Part shown: piece after piece, positions 24,201-36,092 of the stretch
Position numbering within the stretch: position 1 is the first letter of the stretch
Layout: each line of letters starts with the position of its first letter
Assembly (NCBI GenBank): GCA_905178155.1
Contig: CAJINV010000004.1
Coordinates: 10,134,381-10,198,380 of the forward strand
Origin: Amoebophrya sp. A120
Lineage: Eukaryota > Protista > Dinoflagellata
Length of the DNA stretch: 64,000 bases
Reading direction: 5' to 3'
Translations under genes and position numbers: made by a program
The notes under the pieces: generated by a model
Seen by the model: the letters and a program-made list of their open reading frames with translations, nothing else
Told to the model about the DNA's origin: nothing
The model's database searches: none

Positions 24201-27200
24201 TGCACGACGATGCTGGAGAACGCGTTTGGTTGCTTGATCAACCCGCAAGTTGCGGAGACGAAGCAGGGAACGGAGCAGGGACAAGACCACCTGTGCCAGA
24301 AGACCTCGGATTTGCAATACTACGACAAATTGGTCTTTGACAGTGCGTGGGGCGGAATTGTGAACCCCCGTAACGTCTTTAAGAACTGCGGCTGGGACTA
24401 CGGCAACCACTGCTACAACGACCACCACTTCCACTGGGGCTATGTCGTTACCAGTGCGGCGATATTGTTGAAGCTGAAGCCGGAGGTGGTGACGGACGGA
24501 AGCAACCAGCTGTGCTCGCCCCTGTTTGATACAAAATGTGCGACCACGTCGACGGGAACATCTTCAACTAGTCCTCAGGTGGGCCAAGTGGACTTGCTGC
24601 ACTGGGTAAACAACTTGATTCGCGACGTGGCGAACCCAACCAAGGGGGCGGTAGACGACGCCTTTCTCCCGCCGTTTCGGACCTTCGACTTTTTCGACCT
24701 GCACGACTGGGCGCACGGCATCATGCCTGTGGCCGACGGAAAGGATCAGGAGTCCACTTCGGAGGCAATCAACTTTTGGTATGGCGCGAAGATGTACAGT
24801 GAAATGCTGCAAGGGCTACAGAGCAAAACCTCCTCTAGTACAACTCCGTCTGTAAATAAGCCGGCCGCCTCTTTAGGAAAACGGTTGACCAAGGTGTTCA
24901 CTACCATTCTGGCGTTGAACACTCAGAGCTTGAAAACGTTTTTCCAATTCGAAAACGCTCCGCTGCCTGCGGGCAAGGATCCGAAAAGCCCGGACTCCGA
25001 TCAATACAAGGGGAAAAGGCAGGACGGGTACGAAATCCTCCCCCAGGAACTGAATTTGAACCGCGTGCCCGGGATCTTTTTCCAAAACCTGGTGAACTAC
25101 CAGACCTACTTCGGGTTGAAAAAGGAGTTCGTGCACGGCATCCAGATGCTTCCGCTCACCCCCGCGCTGCAACTCCTCCGCGGGGCAGGGTTTGTCAAGG
25201 ACGAGCACGACAACGTGCTGTCGATTAAGGATCCGGTGAACTGCAACTACTGGCCGCCTCAACCGTGCACCCAGGAACGCGACGGGGATGATTACAACGG
25301 GGTTACCATCTACGCCAATGCGGAGAAGCGGGGCACCAAGGCGTGGTGGGGCATTTTGCTGACGGGAAACAAGGCAATGGTCCCCGCCTACCGGACCGAC
25401 GCGTGGAACGCCATTGGCACGTATGCATTGCAAATATGTCTGGGTCTGGAAGGTTGCAACTTGCAATGCTAATTCTGGACCATGCGAAAATCTGTGTTGC
25501 ATGACTACCAAAAGCTGTCCACTTTCGACCAAGTTGGCAGGAAGTTTCTCATGCAGGATAGGCATGATAGGGATCTCACAGAATCTGTCATGCTAGGCGC
25601 TGCATTCCAGACGACATGGATCATGGAAAATCTGCATGACAAGTCTCGGAATCTTCCAGACCCAGACATATTTGCATTTGACAGCACGCTGGACCGCACC
25701 AAAGATATCGACAACGGGCTGACGAAGGTGTGGATGCAGTACTGGACGCTCTTGATGCCACATTCGGGGTATGCATGGCAAAGTTTTGTCTGGCTCTGGG
25801 CCTGGAAGGATTTGCGACCTTGCAATGCTACATCTAGCTCTGGCTGATACATTCACAAAATTTGTCTCGGTTTTGTCACCCAATCCCAAAGGAAAAGAGT
25901 GGATCATAATATCCCATGCAGAAAAGTAGGCGTGGAAGTGCGTTCGCAGAAGCTGTGATGCTTTCTGCAGAGCTCTTGGACCATGATTGAAAAATAAGAT
26001 GATGTATGAACACCTTCAGAAACTACAGGCTTTCCTGCCCAGACATTGTTTGCAGTGGATATTTTTGGAAACGCCCCGCCAGCGCCGACTCCCGTGGTCC
26101 CTCCAGAGCCAATTGGACGAACTTCTTGGACGCCGGCTCTCAACTGCCCAGGCAGTGACAGAAGCAAGTTCCTCGATTGCTTCACCCCTTTCACTGCCTC
26201 AGACCCGACGCATGGCGCGGTGGACTACCAGGCGGGCTGGACCCAAAAAGATGAACTTATCCAGCAGCTTGCAGCGGAGCCGGGAGCTGTGTGGCAGCAA
26301 AAGCGCTTGGAGATTTCCTTCGGGGTGGGAAAAGCGGGTAACCGGCCGTCCATCCGCATGAACACAGCCCAAGACAAGGCGTTTGGGCCGGGGAGTTTGT
26401 TTGTCGTCGATGTCGAGAAGGTTCCGGTCGGGCCCGGTACCTGGCCGGCGTACTGGACGACGGCGGCGAATCCAAACCCGCAGTGGCTATGCATTGCAAA
26501 TATCGATCTGGGTCTGGAAAGTTGCCATGCTAATGTCCGAATGATACGCGGCAAACTGTGTTGCGGAGCTGCGCATGACAAGTTTCTGAGCGGCTATGTC
26601 TAGCGCTACGCGCATGACAAATGGCCTCTGTGCATGACAAACAAGTGGCGTCGTAGCGCAACGAGCATCACAGACTTTTCTGCATTACCGGCCAAGCATG
26701 ACAAACTTGTATTCTACTTCCAGACCCAGACATTTTTGCATTTGATAGTGGCCTCACGGTGGCGAGATCGACATGATGGAACACATCCAAGGCCCTGACG
26801 TCTTTAACAACATGCTCTCCACCCTGCACACGATACCAGGCTGCAAGATGAGCCAGGTTCCGGGCATCACTAGCGGCGGCGATTGCGGCATTGCAGGGAA
26901 TGCAGGCTGCGGTGTGGCGCCGGTCTCGGTTCCCAATGGGAAGCGGCTGAACGACGCGAAAGGCGGCATTCACGTCATGGCGTGGACCCCTCGGGGCGAC
27001 GACGATATGGTGTTCTCAAACGTTACATTCTCAACTGTTACATGAACTTGTAATGCAAGAATGGCAAAAGTGCAAGGGTGAAGATTGCGCCTTTTGCATT
27101 AGTACAGGTTCGGCACAGATTTGGATGCTGTTTAGCCCTTTGGAAATTTGTCATGCGAAGCAGCTTGATGATAGTGATACTGATGAGAGTTTTGCATGAC

Positions 27201-27772
27201 AAGTTCATGTTGTAACAGTTGAGAATGTAACGTTTGAGAACCCCATAGACGAGGCCATCAAAATGTGGTGGATCAGTCGGGAGAAGGCCGACGAGATTTT
27301 GCAGCAGGGAGGCGATCACATCTTCGATGACCCTAGGTTTTGGGATCAGTACACGCAGGACGAGTCCACTGCCGGGCCCTACGTCACCTTCCCCATCGGG
27401 CCGAATTCAACCTGCCCCGCGGAGAAGTATTTTTCGGCCCAGCAATTCATCATCGACACGACATTTTGCGGAGATTGGGCCGGCGCCACTTTCCCCGGTG
27501 GGAGTCAAAAGTGTGTTGAAACAGTACAAGACGAAAAATATGGAACAGACTGGGGCGTAGGAGACAAACAAGATCTTAGTCGCAGCTTCGTCTTCCGCTC
27601 CATCAAAATTTTTACAGCAAGCCCAACGAGAACGACCAACGCGGTGGCCGAGGCACTACTGTCGTCCCCTACAAGAATGTCGCACGATGTTGCTGAGCAG
27701 ACAAAAAGCAGCTTGTACACAGATAAAGTGCCGCGAGTGCTACGCAATCTGGGTCTACTTTCAGGGAAGTAG
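21210..27772 (+). CDS. Endo-1,3-beta-glucanase, GH81 domain fused to a GH16 laminarinase-like domain, 8 introners
   Basis: N-terminal hydrophobic segment. GH81 motifs STNKFWANW, YNDHHFHWGY, DQESTSEAINFWYG, HGIQMLPLTP and DIDNG. GH16 motifs GTWPAYW, WPHGGEIDMME (ExDxxE, only created after removing 26488-26752) and IIDTTFCGDWAG. Confidence 0.8.
21600..21745. mobile_element. Introner family E
   Basis: DR TCACA. Confidence 0.85.
22256..22566. mobile_element. Introner family B
   Basis: DR TCAGC; TIR TGAAAAATGCCCCC.ACCCC. Confidence 0.85.
22649..22906. mobile_element. Introner family A
   Basis: DR GAACA; internally similar to 2236-2509. Confidence 0.85.
22942..23198. mobile_element. Introner family A
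   Basis: DR TCGAG; reverse complement of 31605-31852. Confidence 0.85.
25422..25688. mobile_element. Introner family A
   Basis: DR GCACG. Confidence 0.85.
25770..26066. mobile_element. Degenerate family A introner at the GH81/GH16 junction
   Basis: TAT...ATA with eroded TIR; DR lost (CGGGG/TTTTT) but element+5 nt restores frame. Confidence 0.65.
26488..26752. mobile_element. Introner family A
   Basis: DR GTGGC; splits the GH16 WP..GEID motif. Confidence 0.85.
27006..27252. mobile_element. Introner family D
   Basis: DR GACGA. Confidence 0.85.
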
Positions 27773-29675
27773 TGATTAAGAGCAGGAGCGCACGACCTTG
27801 CTGCATGTTTAGTGTACACCCAGGGCGCTAGTACTCCTGTTCCGAAGCCGAAAAGCCCAAGGCCCTCGCTCCAGGAGTAGTGACGGGGCCGAGCCGCGTT
27901 GAATGTTATGATTTTGGTGTTTTGAGTGGGTATTTCCACTGATATTAAGGAATTCGAATTTCTTTATTGCGAAGTATATGTATTTCTGAACAAAAAAACG
28001 GTGGATAGCAACAGGCTTGTATGATGAAAAAGAAGAAGTGGTGACTCGTGATATATTCGGATTCGGAAGCCATAGTACTATACCAGTTTTTGAACAAGAA
28101 AAAAGATGATAGATAGGTAAGGAGAAGGAGCCGATGCCGAGTAGTACGAACTACATTGCATTAAAAAAAAAACTGGAAAAGCAACTATATGTTGATTTCT
28201 GCACCGGGACCGGCTGTTGATGTTGTATAATTCCTTTTCCAGTGACTGGGAGCTGGAGCGATGATTGCCAAATGAAAAATATGGAAATAACGGCAAGTTT
28301 TTTTCTTGATCTTGTCAGTAGTATAGTTAGGTTTTTGAAGATAAAAAGGATCAGCGTAGAATTTTATCCGGTCTGTTTCGAAGGGGGTGGACAACACGAG
28401 CATGAAAATATTTGTAAGATCATATGGAAAAACGAGAACCGCGGCACAGATGCTAGTTTTAGGGAAGCCGCAACCGCAAAACCAATAGAAGTGATTCTTG
28501 GTTGACCCGCCACGTTCCGGTTGTCTGATTTCTGTGAGTACTCCGCAGACAATCAGAATGAATCTCAAACTGCGTACAGAAACTAGAACTTCTACATACG
28601 ACAACGACGTCAGATATGATATATAAACTGACCGACTGCGATGTTAGTGACCTAAGGCTAAACATGGGCAGTCTGTCTCCATTGCAATTGCAAATGATGA
28701 CGGCAGCTAGTAGCTTTCTACTTTGTCAGATGATGTTTCGTTTTCTAGTTCTCTGTATGTGGAATTTTATCCCCAGCAACGCTGGATCGGTTGTCGCTCA
28801 ACACAGCAGGGTGTTTCTCGTTTAGAAGCGCCAGAACTTTTCGGTCACATAATTAGTTTTTCCTGCGCAGTAACTACGTACGATGAGTCGTGCTGTTGCA
28901 CAGAGCCGAACCAAGAATGTTGCGAACTCGGTCACTAAAAGTATGAAAAGTTGTCGTATTTTTACCTGCGCCCTCGGACTCGGTTGCAGCATGCATGAGC
29001 TTTCGGTTTCTACTTCACGTTTTCATCGTCTTGTCATTGTGATGTACAATTATCTGCAGGATGTTCGGAGTCGGTTGATCTCAATAGGATATGAACACGA
29101 AGTAAGTTCTCAGTATGTCAGCGTCAGGGCCTCTTGCTCTTGCATGTACGAACCTGTCTCTTTTCGTTCTACATGTAGTTTTTCAAATATAATCATGTTA
29201 CCAGGCACCCCACGAGGATTTGAACCCACCATATATTTATATTTCATCTTCAGTTGTTTCGCAAACGCATTCACATTCTCGTATTTTCACCTAGCAGCAT
29301 TAATCTGCAATTAATATGGAGCAGATCCAGGTGGAAGTAGGTGTGCAACTTTATTGTCCTGTTTGAATTTCGTGCGTAGAGGTAGATCTAAGTACAAATA
29401 GCGGACCGGAGCCTATGTTTCGGCTATTATGGACGATGCGATGCAGTTTTTCTGAAGTTTTTGGCAGAGGTGAAAATGCCGGCGCGAGCGCGACGGCCTC
29501 CATACATTATCTGGAGCAAGAAAACCTGCAAGAGCTAACATGAAGAATTTTTACTCTAACTAGGAATCATAGTTGATCTGGTGCGCTGCCGGTACAACAG
29601 AATACAACGAACCGCGGGTGGTGTGAGGACAACGTCACCAAGACAATCGATAGAAGCAGAACGAGTACTACCACT

Positions 29676-32600
29676 ATGCTGCGGCAGGACGAGTTGGTCA
29701 TCAAGTCCAGCCCGGACCTGCTTCCCACCGAGGAGGAGGTCCAGGATTTTGTCCGCCACTGCCACAAAAAGGACCTGAACCTTCTTGCCGCGTCCGTCGG
29801 TTGGGCACCGGAGCAAGCTTCGTTGTACGATGGGGAGGATCCGTTGACCCACCCCTATTACCCTGTCATGTACAACACGGCTACCCGGATATTGTGGCAA
29901 GTGAAGCAGGACAATCCGAGCCTGATTCCGAAGAATTACCAGCTGACATCGTCCGTGGTAAGTAGTACAGGAGCTTCTTCACCGAACAATAGCAGCGCGA
30001 GAAATTACACGGTCACCGGGAATGTTAAAAATAACTACCACCAACAGCGGGGGCTGTATGACGAGAATGCACAACTACTCTCCCGCCTCCCCCCTATCTG
30101 TATATGCAAAGCGCCGAGCCAACATCAATGTCAATCACAATCTTGTAGTTCTTGATCTTGCCTTAGTTGAGTTGAAGCACTCTTCTAGTGACATCAAATT
30201 TTAGGACCTCTTCAAGCAGTAAGTACTACAATCGAATCCGCGTACAGATTTGTCATGATCATGTGGATGCCCCTTTATTTCTGCTGTTGCTTGTGATGTT
30301 GCTGCTCATGCGTAGTTTTAAATGAAAGGCGAAGGAGAGTTCGTTGTGCACACTGATAGGCTGACGGTGGACAGCAGTGCGAAGGAGGTTGTCGTCAAGA
30401 ACTTCAAGTCCACAACCAGAAAAGCTGTCGATAATGCGAACAACACTGCAGCGGGTTCTGTGGGTGTGAATGCAAAAAAGGATGGTACAAGGACATCCAC
30501 TTCTAGCCTCGGGACGAACAAGCGCGGCGCAATCACCAGTGGAGGTGGTGCTGCAGATACGACTCCATCACTAGGAACAACTACGACGAGGACGTCACGA
30601 ACTAGTACGAAAAATACTTCTGCGAATGGAAATGAAAATAACGCTGGCCGCACTCTTTCTTCTACTTCCCCCGCCAGCACGAGCGCTCTACCATCCTCCC
30701 GAGCATCTTCGTCCTCGTCTGGCGCTGGCAACGATTCGGCAACTACCTCCTCCAGACGCACAAATTATACTTCGACGACGCAGCAGTCCACCACCGCCAG
30801 CAGCGGTGGCGGCTCCGCGTCCGGGGGAGGCGGGCTGTCGAGGTTTTTCCCGTTTCCGCGGCGGAGTAATGCAGGAGCTTCTACACACTCACACAAGGAC
30901 CAAAATAGTATTAAAACAGCAGCGAATAAAGTTGATGTGGCCGGAGTAGAACAGAAGCAGAGTAGGACTACTAGCACTACAACAAACGGAACCTCTAAGA
31001 ACTTCGAGGGAGCAGCAGCTGCGAATGGCACAACACTAACACAGTCACAGGCATATAATACTAGAGGACCCACCTTTTCGTCACAGGAGCTAGGTACACA
31101 CCAACAGTCTGCCGATGCGAATATCATAATTTCACCGGCACCGGCTAACGCTGGTACAAACCTCGATAATTCGGCGCAGCCAACAATCGACCAAGACGAA
31201 GTCATTTTCTACACCGAAGATCCTATAAACACCAAAAAACGGCAGCAACTGATCGAGAAAGCCGAGGAGTGGTTGCGGAAAGCGCTCCATTACCGGGAAG
31301 ACTACCGGCTCACGCATATCCAGAAGGAAGACGTCCCCACGACCTTCCGCCCATAGTTCTTGTCATGCAAATCTGCATCCTGAAAAAGAAAAACAAAAGA
31401 AAATGCTTCTCATGTGGAGCCCCAGGGGAGGCATGACAAGCTGCTGATGCTGAATCTGTGATCATGCTACTGCACTTCTACCTAAACACGACTACGCTAC
31501 GATCTCAAATTTGTCAACGCACCAGCCACAAGCTGTTGACTTGTCTATAGCAGATTTCATATCATGTTGGGGTGGGGACGACGTTTTTGCTCAGGATGAC
31601 GCAGTATCAAGTGCAAAAATGTCTGGGTCTGGAAGAATTCACGTTTGTCATGCGTGTCTGGCATGACCCTTAAATCTGTCATGCACGTTTAATACACAAG
31701 AGCTCCGTTTTTCTGCGATGCAGAAGCGCAGTTTGTCATGCAGAATACGCAACACCTAGGAGCTCAGAAACTTGTCATGCTGAGCCAGCATTTGTAGCCT
31801 CATCATGAGACGCCACCCAGCATCACAAGACATTTTTACTTTTGATACGCAGAATCTCTTTTCGCAGACCGCCGGCACCGAATACGTCCAGGTTTTTCGC
31901 ACGTTTTTTCCGATCGCCTTCACTGGCCGCGCGAAGAAGGGCCACGCGGTGTTCTATGTGCGGTGCGGGTTCGCGGATTTTGGCGCGTTGCAGAAGCTGG
32001 ATCAGGAAATCGTGATCCGCTCGTGGTTATGCAGACTGCAAATATCGATCTGGGTCTGGAAAAATGCAAGTTTGTCATGCAGCTTGTCTCACATGTTGAC
32101 TGTCTTGAATCTGTAAAAATAAATGGTGCGCGAGTAGCAGTCATGGAGCCTCTTCCCTGTCATGAAGAAATGCAGTTTGAATTGCGGAAAGCAAAACACA
32201 AAGGAGCGGAGAATCTTGTCATGCGTGGCCAGGTATTGCAGCGCGCCGGCGCCCACCATTCACGAACTTTCAGCATCACAAGTGTCATCCGGAGAACCCA
32301 GATGACATATTTGCATTTGATACTAGCTCCGTATTTACGAGTACTCCGCAAGCGTACAGTTGCGGAAGATCGGGGAGGAGCGGAACGCGGCGTCAGACAG
32401 GACGTTGATCGTGGTAGATCTCACGAATATGAAGTCCTATCTTTCCCACGCGAACTATCTGCGGAAATTCCTCGCCTCGGTTGAGGCGGTGATGAAGTTC
32501 TGCTACCCGGAGACCGTCGAGTATGCAAGAAAAAAACTACCGTGCTAGAAGTGTTGTAAAGAAGTCTGTAATGCAGTAGACCATGCAACATAGTTGTACA

Positions 32601-34455
32601 CAGTTGTTACAATTGTCATGCTAGCCAGCCATAAAGTTGCATTTTGTATGTGTTTTCACGTACAACTGGCTGCGCATGACAGGCCTTCTCTGGTGTCATG
32701 CAGAGAACAGATGATCTGTCATGCCCTGAGACACCCACTTACACTATACGGAGTTTTTTTCTGGGATATGGAGCAAATTTTGATCATTCACATGCACTGG
32801 GTGATCCGTGCGCCGTTGAACGCGTTTGGGCAGCTGTTTCTGCACCCCGCGACCTTTCACAAAATCAAGTTCCTTGCGTCGACCAAGGAGTTACATAATT
32901 GGATCGAGCCGAAGTACATACCCGCTTTCCTCGGGAATGGCGCGCTGAACACAAGCGTGACACTGGATCCCTTAACAGGCCGGTACATCGGGGGTGACGA
33001 CTGGGAGTTCGCACTGTCCCGCAGCGGCATCCAACTTGTTCCCGGTAGTGCGGTCGGCGGCGGCGAGGGGACGACGCTTTCAGGGAGCGTGATTAAAACA
33101 CCAAAAGTGGGGTCGTTTTCCACAACAACTCCTGCGGCCGTCGCGGCGACCACAGGTACAGGAGGGGCACAACATGCACAGCACCAGCAGGGCGGGAATG
33201 ATTATAGAAATGGCAAGAATGGAAATAATTATCACACACACGCGAGAGTATCGACCTCGCGACCACCCACAAATGAAACCGAGGACTACTACAAGTATCT
33301 CTACACAACCTACAAAAAACCCTATGACAAACACGCCGGCGTTGTGCCTCATCTTCGTACTAGCAGAATAATAGGAAGTAGTAGGGGCGGATCTTCTGGA
33401 CTGGCTCGGCCGTCGGCGGCACAAGGAGCAAGTGCAGTTGTAGCGCAAGAAGTGGAAGTACATCAAAACAATTCGCACCAAATATTAAACATGAAACCGA
33501 ACACGACAAACAGTCCGAAGCTACCGTACCTAACCACAAACGGGGTGAACTCTCTTTCCTCCACGACGGTCTCCTCCCATTTGACCCAGGTGGATCGCGA
33601 CAGGAGCAATTCGACCAACGAAACGTTTGTCACGGCCTTGGAGCACCCGATTGTGCCGCCGGGGGCTGGTGTGATGGCAAGTAATGGAGGTCGTGGTCCT
33701 TTTGCAGATGGAACAAGTAGAACAACTGTCGGCGGTCGAAATTTCAACACCAGAAACAGCACTTCTGCTACCTCCCCCTTAGACGACTTTCTCTTCGAGA
33801 TGGACGCTACCGGGAAGGAGATTCAGGACAAGACAAAGGATATCCACCGCAAACATGTCTCGGTCTGGACGAAAAATGCAGACTTTTGCGATGCAAGTCT
33901 CGCATGACCATGAGATGACCTACACCCAGAGTGTCTGACATGCAGGGACCAGCATCAAGGGTCTTCGAGGGCTTCACGAAGATGCCTACTCTGCTGCACC
34001 AGAAATTATCCGCTCTCGCCATGGCAAAAACTAGACAACTACTTTTCCTGTTTTTCATGCAAGACAGATTTTTGTGTGCTCTGAAATGCGCATCACAAGT
34101 TGCAACCTGTTCTAGACCCAGACATATTTGCACTGCATAAAGGAAATCCTCGGGCTGTTTCTCGAGGACACCACCGATGGAGACGAGAAGGAAAGCCAAA
34201 GCGGAGAAATATCAAACAAAAAAAAGTTTGTCACGCTCACTCATGCGCGTTTTTGTTTTTGCAATACAAAATAAAAATTTTCTGTCATGCATAAAAATGC
34301 ATCACAGCCAAACTTCAAAAGGGATTTTTTCCCTAGTGCTTCTGCAATGCAAGGAAAAGTTGTGATGCCAGAAAAATTTGTAATGCAAAGCCTGCAAGTT
34401 AGGGACGTGACTGTGACAAACTTTTTGCTCTCCATAGGAAAGCTTCGAAGTGTAG
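29676..34455 (+). CDS. CRAL-TRIO/Sec14-like lipid-binding protein
   Basis: Spliced frame includes AEEWLRKALHYREDY, LIVVDLTNM, FCYPETVEQILIIHMHWVIR and KIKFL..IPAFLG. Six introners mapped; the intron near 30095-30320 could not be delimited. Confidence 0.7.
31317..31603. mobile_element. Introner family F, degenerate
   Basis: DR ACGCA; internally similar to 16753-17037. Confidence 0.75.
31605..31852. mobile_element. Introner family A, right TIR partly deleted
   Basis: DR CGCAG; reverse complement of 22942-23198. Confidence 0.8.
32028..32327. mobile_element. Introner family A, degenerate
   Basis: DR GTGGT/CTAGC; frame restored (RSW-RIYEY matches paralog RCWMRIWEY). Confidence 0.75.
32522..32773. 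mobile_element. Introner, C-like
   Basis: DR TCGAG/TGGAG. Confidence 0.75.
33841..34144. mobile_element. Introner family A, degenerate
   Basis: DR AAGGA. Confidence 0.8.
34210..34441. mobile_element. Introner, C-like
   Basis: DR AGAAA/GGAAA; TIR AAAAAGTTTGTCAC. Confidence 0.7.
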
Positions 34456-36092
34456 TAACAGTAAGCGCCACCTGTTAACAGGGGGAGGACAGTAGGCAGC
34501 TTGAGCAGCTTCATCCAGGTTATTACACAGACTCAGAGTTGGAGTTCTACTTGTGGAAGATAGAACATGAGGGTGACCGCGTTACTGTAGGTACGGTACT
34601 ACACGACTTTGGTATTCGAGTCTCCTAGGACAAGTGCGCTTCTTCTGCCGCCACTGCACCTGCATCGCCCCGGAGCCTTCTCTACTTTGTCGTATGCTTG
34701 GCTCTGTTTCTGCGTGGTACCTGGTTCCGCTCAGCTGCAATAGGACGAGTTTTTGTTTTTATATAAGATTAGTTCATGGTACTTTATTATGAACTTGAAT
34801 ACCTTGTCCAGCGCCAGAGCCTCTGTCTACATGTTGACCTGTTTATTTCCCATTGGTTAATTTGTTCCCGCCATGTTCTTCTTGTTCTGTATCTTTTCAC
34901 CGGAGTTGCTTCTAGACGCCCTGTGCATCTGTCACAACCAGTGTGCATCCGCACTACAAGGAGAAATAAGATATAAAGAAACTGGAAAAATTTTAAACAG
35001 AAGACTAACCACAAGAACGCCCTGAGATTGTAGTCTCTGACCGAGACTCGACAGTTCTTCGTAAGAAAAACAACACGACCAGTTGCAGAAGCCCGTTGTA
35101 GTATGTAAGCCCAACGTGTGATGATGATGAAATACAAGTGCGTGTTCTTGAAAAAGGGGTGCAGCTGGTGGTCTTCATCATAAAGGCGTCACGATCCTCA
35201 TAGGCTGCACTGACCTTCGCCAAAAATATTGCAACCCACTTTTCGACCCTATCTAGTACACCGACAAGCACAATGATTACGTACTAAAGACACTTCGCAG
35301 AGCACACACACTTTGGTCTTGGTGGTCTTGCCTCGGTTGAATATTCTCGAAAAGCGGAAGATCTGTTGGCACTAGTGGTGCTGCGACTTTAGCACACGAT
35401 CGGTCATTCTAGAATTCCGTTGCTTCATCGGTATTTTTACTATATTTTATGGAGCAAAGTAGTCATCTTCAAACGTGAACAAATACAACTCCTCGGTCGT
35501 GGAGCCGTAATTTCAATTCGTTTTTTGTTGCTCGGTCAACATAAGTACTGCTAGGAGCCCTCATGCTTAGGAACACGATTTGACAGCTCCATGCGAAGAT
35601 AGAGGACAAAGTCATACTTACCAGACACACCAGCAGACAGGTCGGTAGCTGCGCTCGACTCGCTTGGTCGTGTCTATCGTCTGTGAAGTAAAGATTAAAA
35701 TTGGACCTCACCACCTTCTAGCACAATAAACAAACGCCAAGCTGGTTCCTCCAAGAGAATTATAAATCAAATTTAACTTTTGTACCAAGCTGACCGCTTC
35801 CCAAACTTCTCTTCTTTGTCGCAATTTTTAATCTTATCGCGCTCTAGTTTTGAAACAAAACACTAAGACCCTCCTCGCGCAGCTTGTTTGAGGAGAATTA
35901 AATAGTAAGTGAGGAAGAAGAAGAACAGCAACGGGAATATAGAACTACAAGGTGAGCACCAGGAAACGTAGTAATTGCACCGCAAACATAAGTACTTCAG
36001 GCTCTTGTAGTCCGCTAATATCATCTTCATCTAGCCTGCGGCGTTTGTTTTTGATAAAAAGAGAAGCGCACGACATTTCTGGAAAAAAAAAC

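Noticed and set aside
30095-30321. Introner in the first CRAL-TRIO gene
   Set aside because: An intron is required here, but no convincing TIR/DR pair or frame-restoring end could be fixed.
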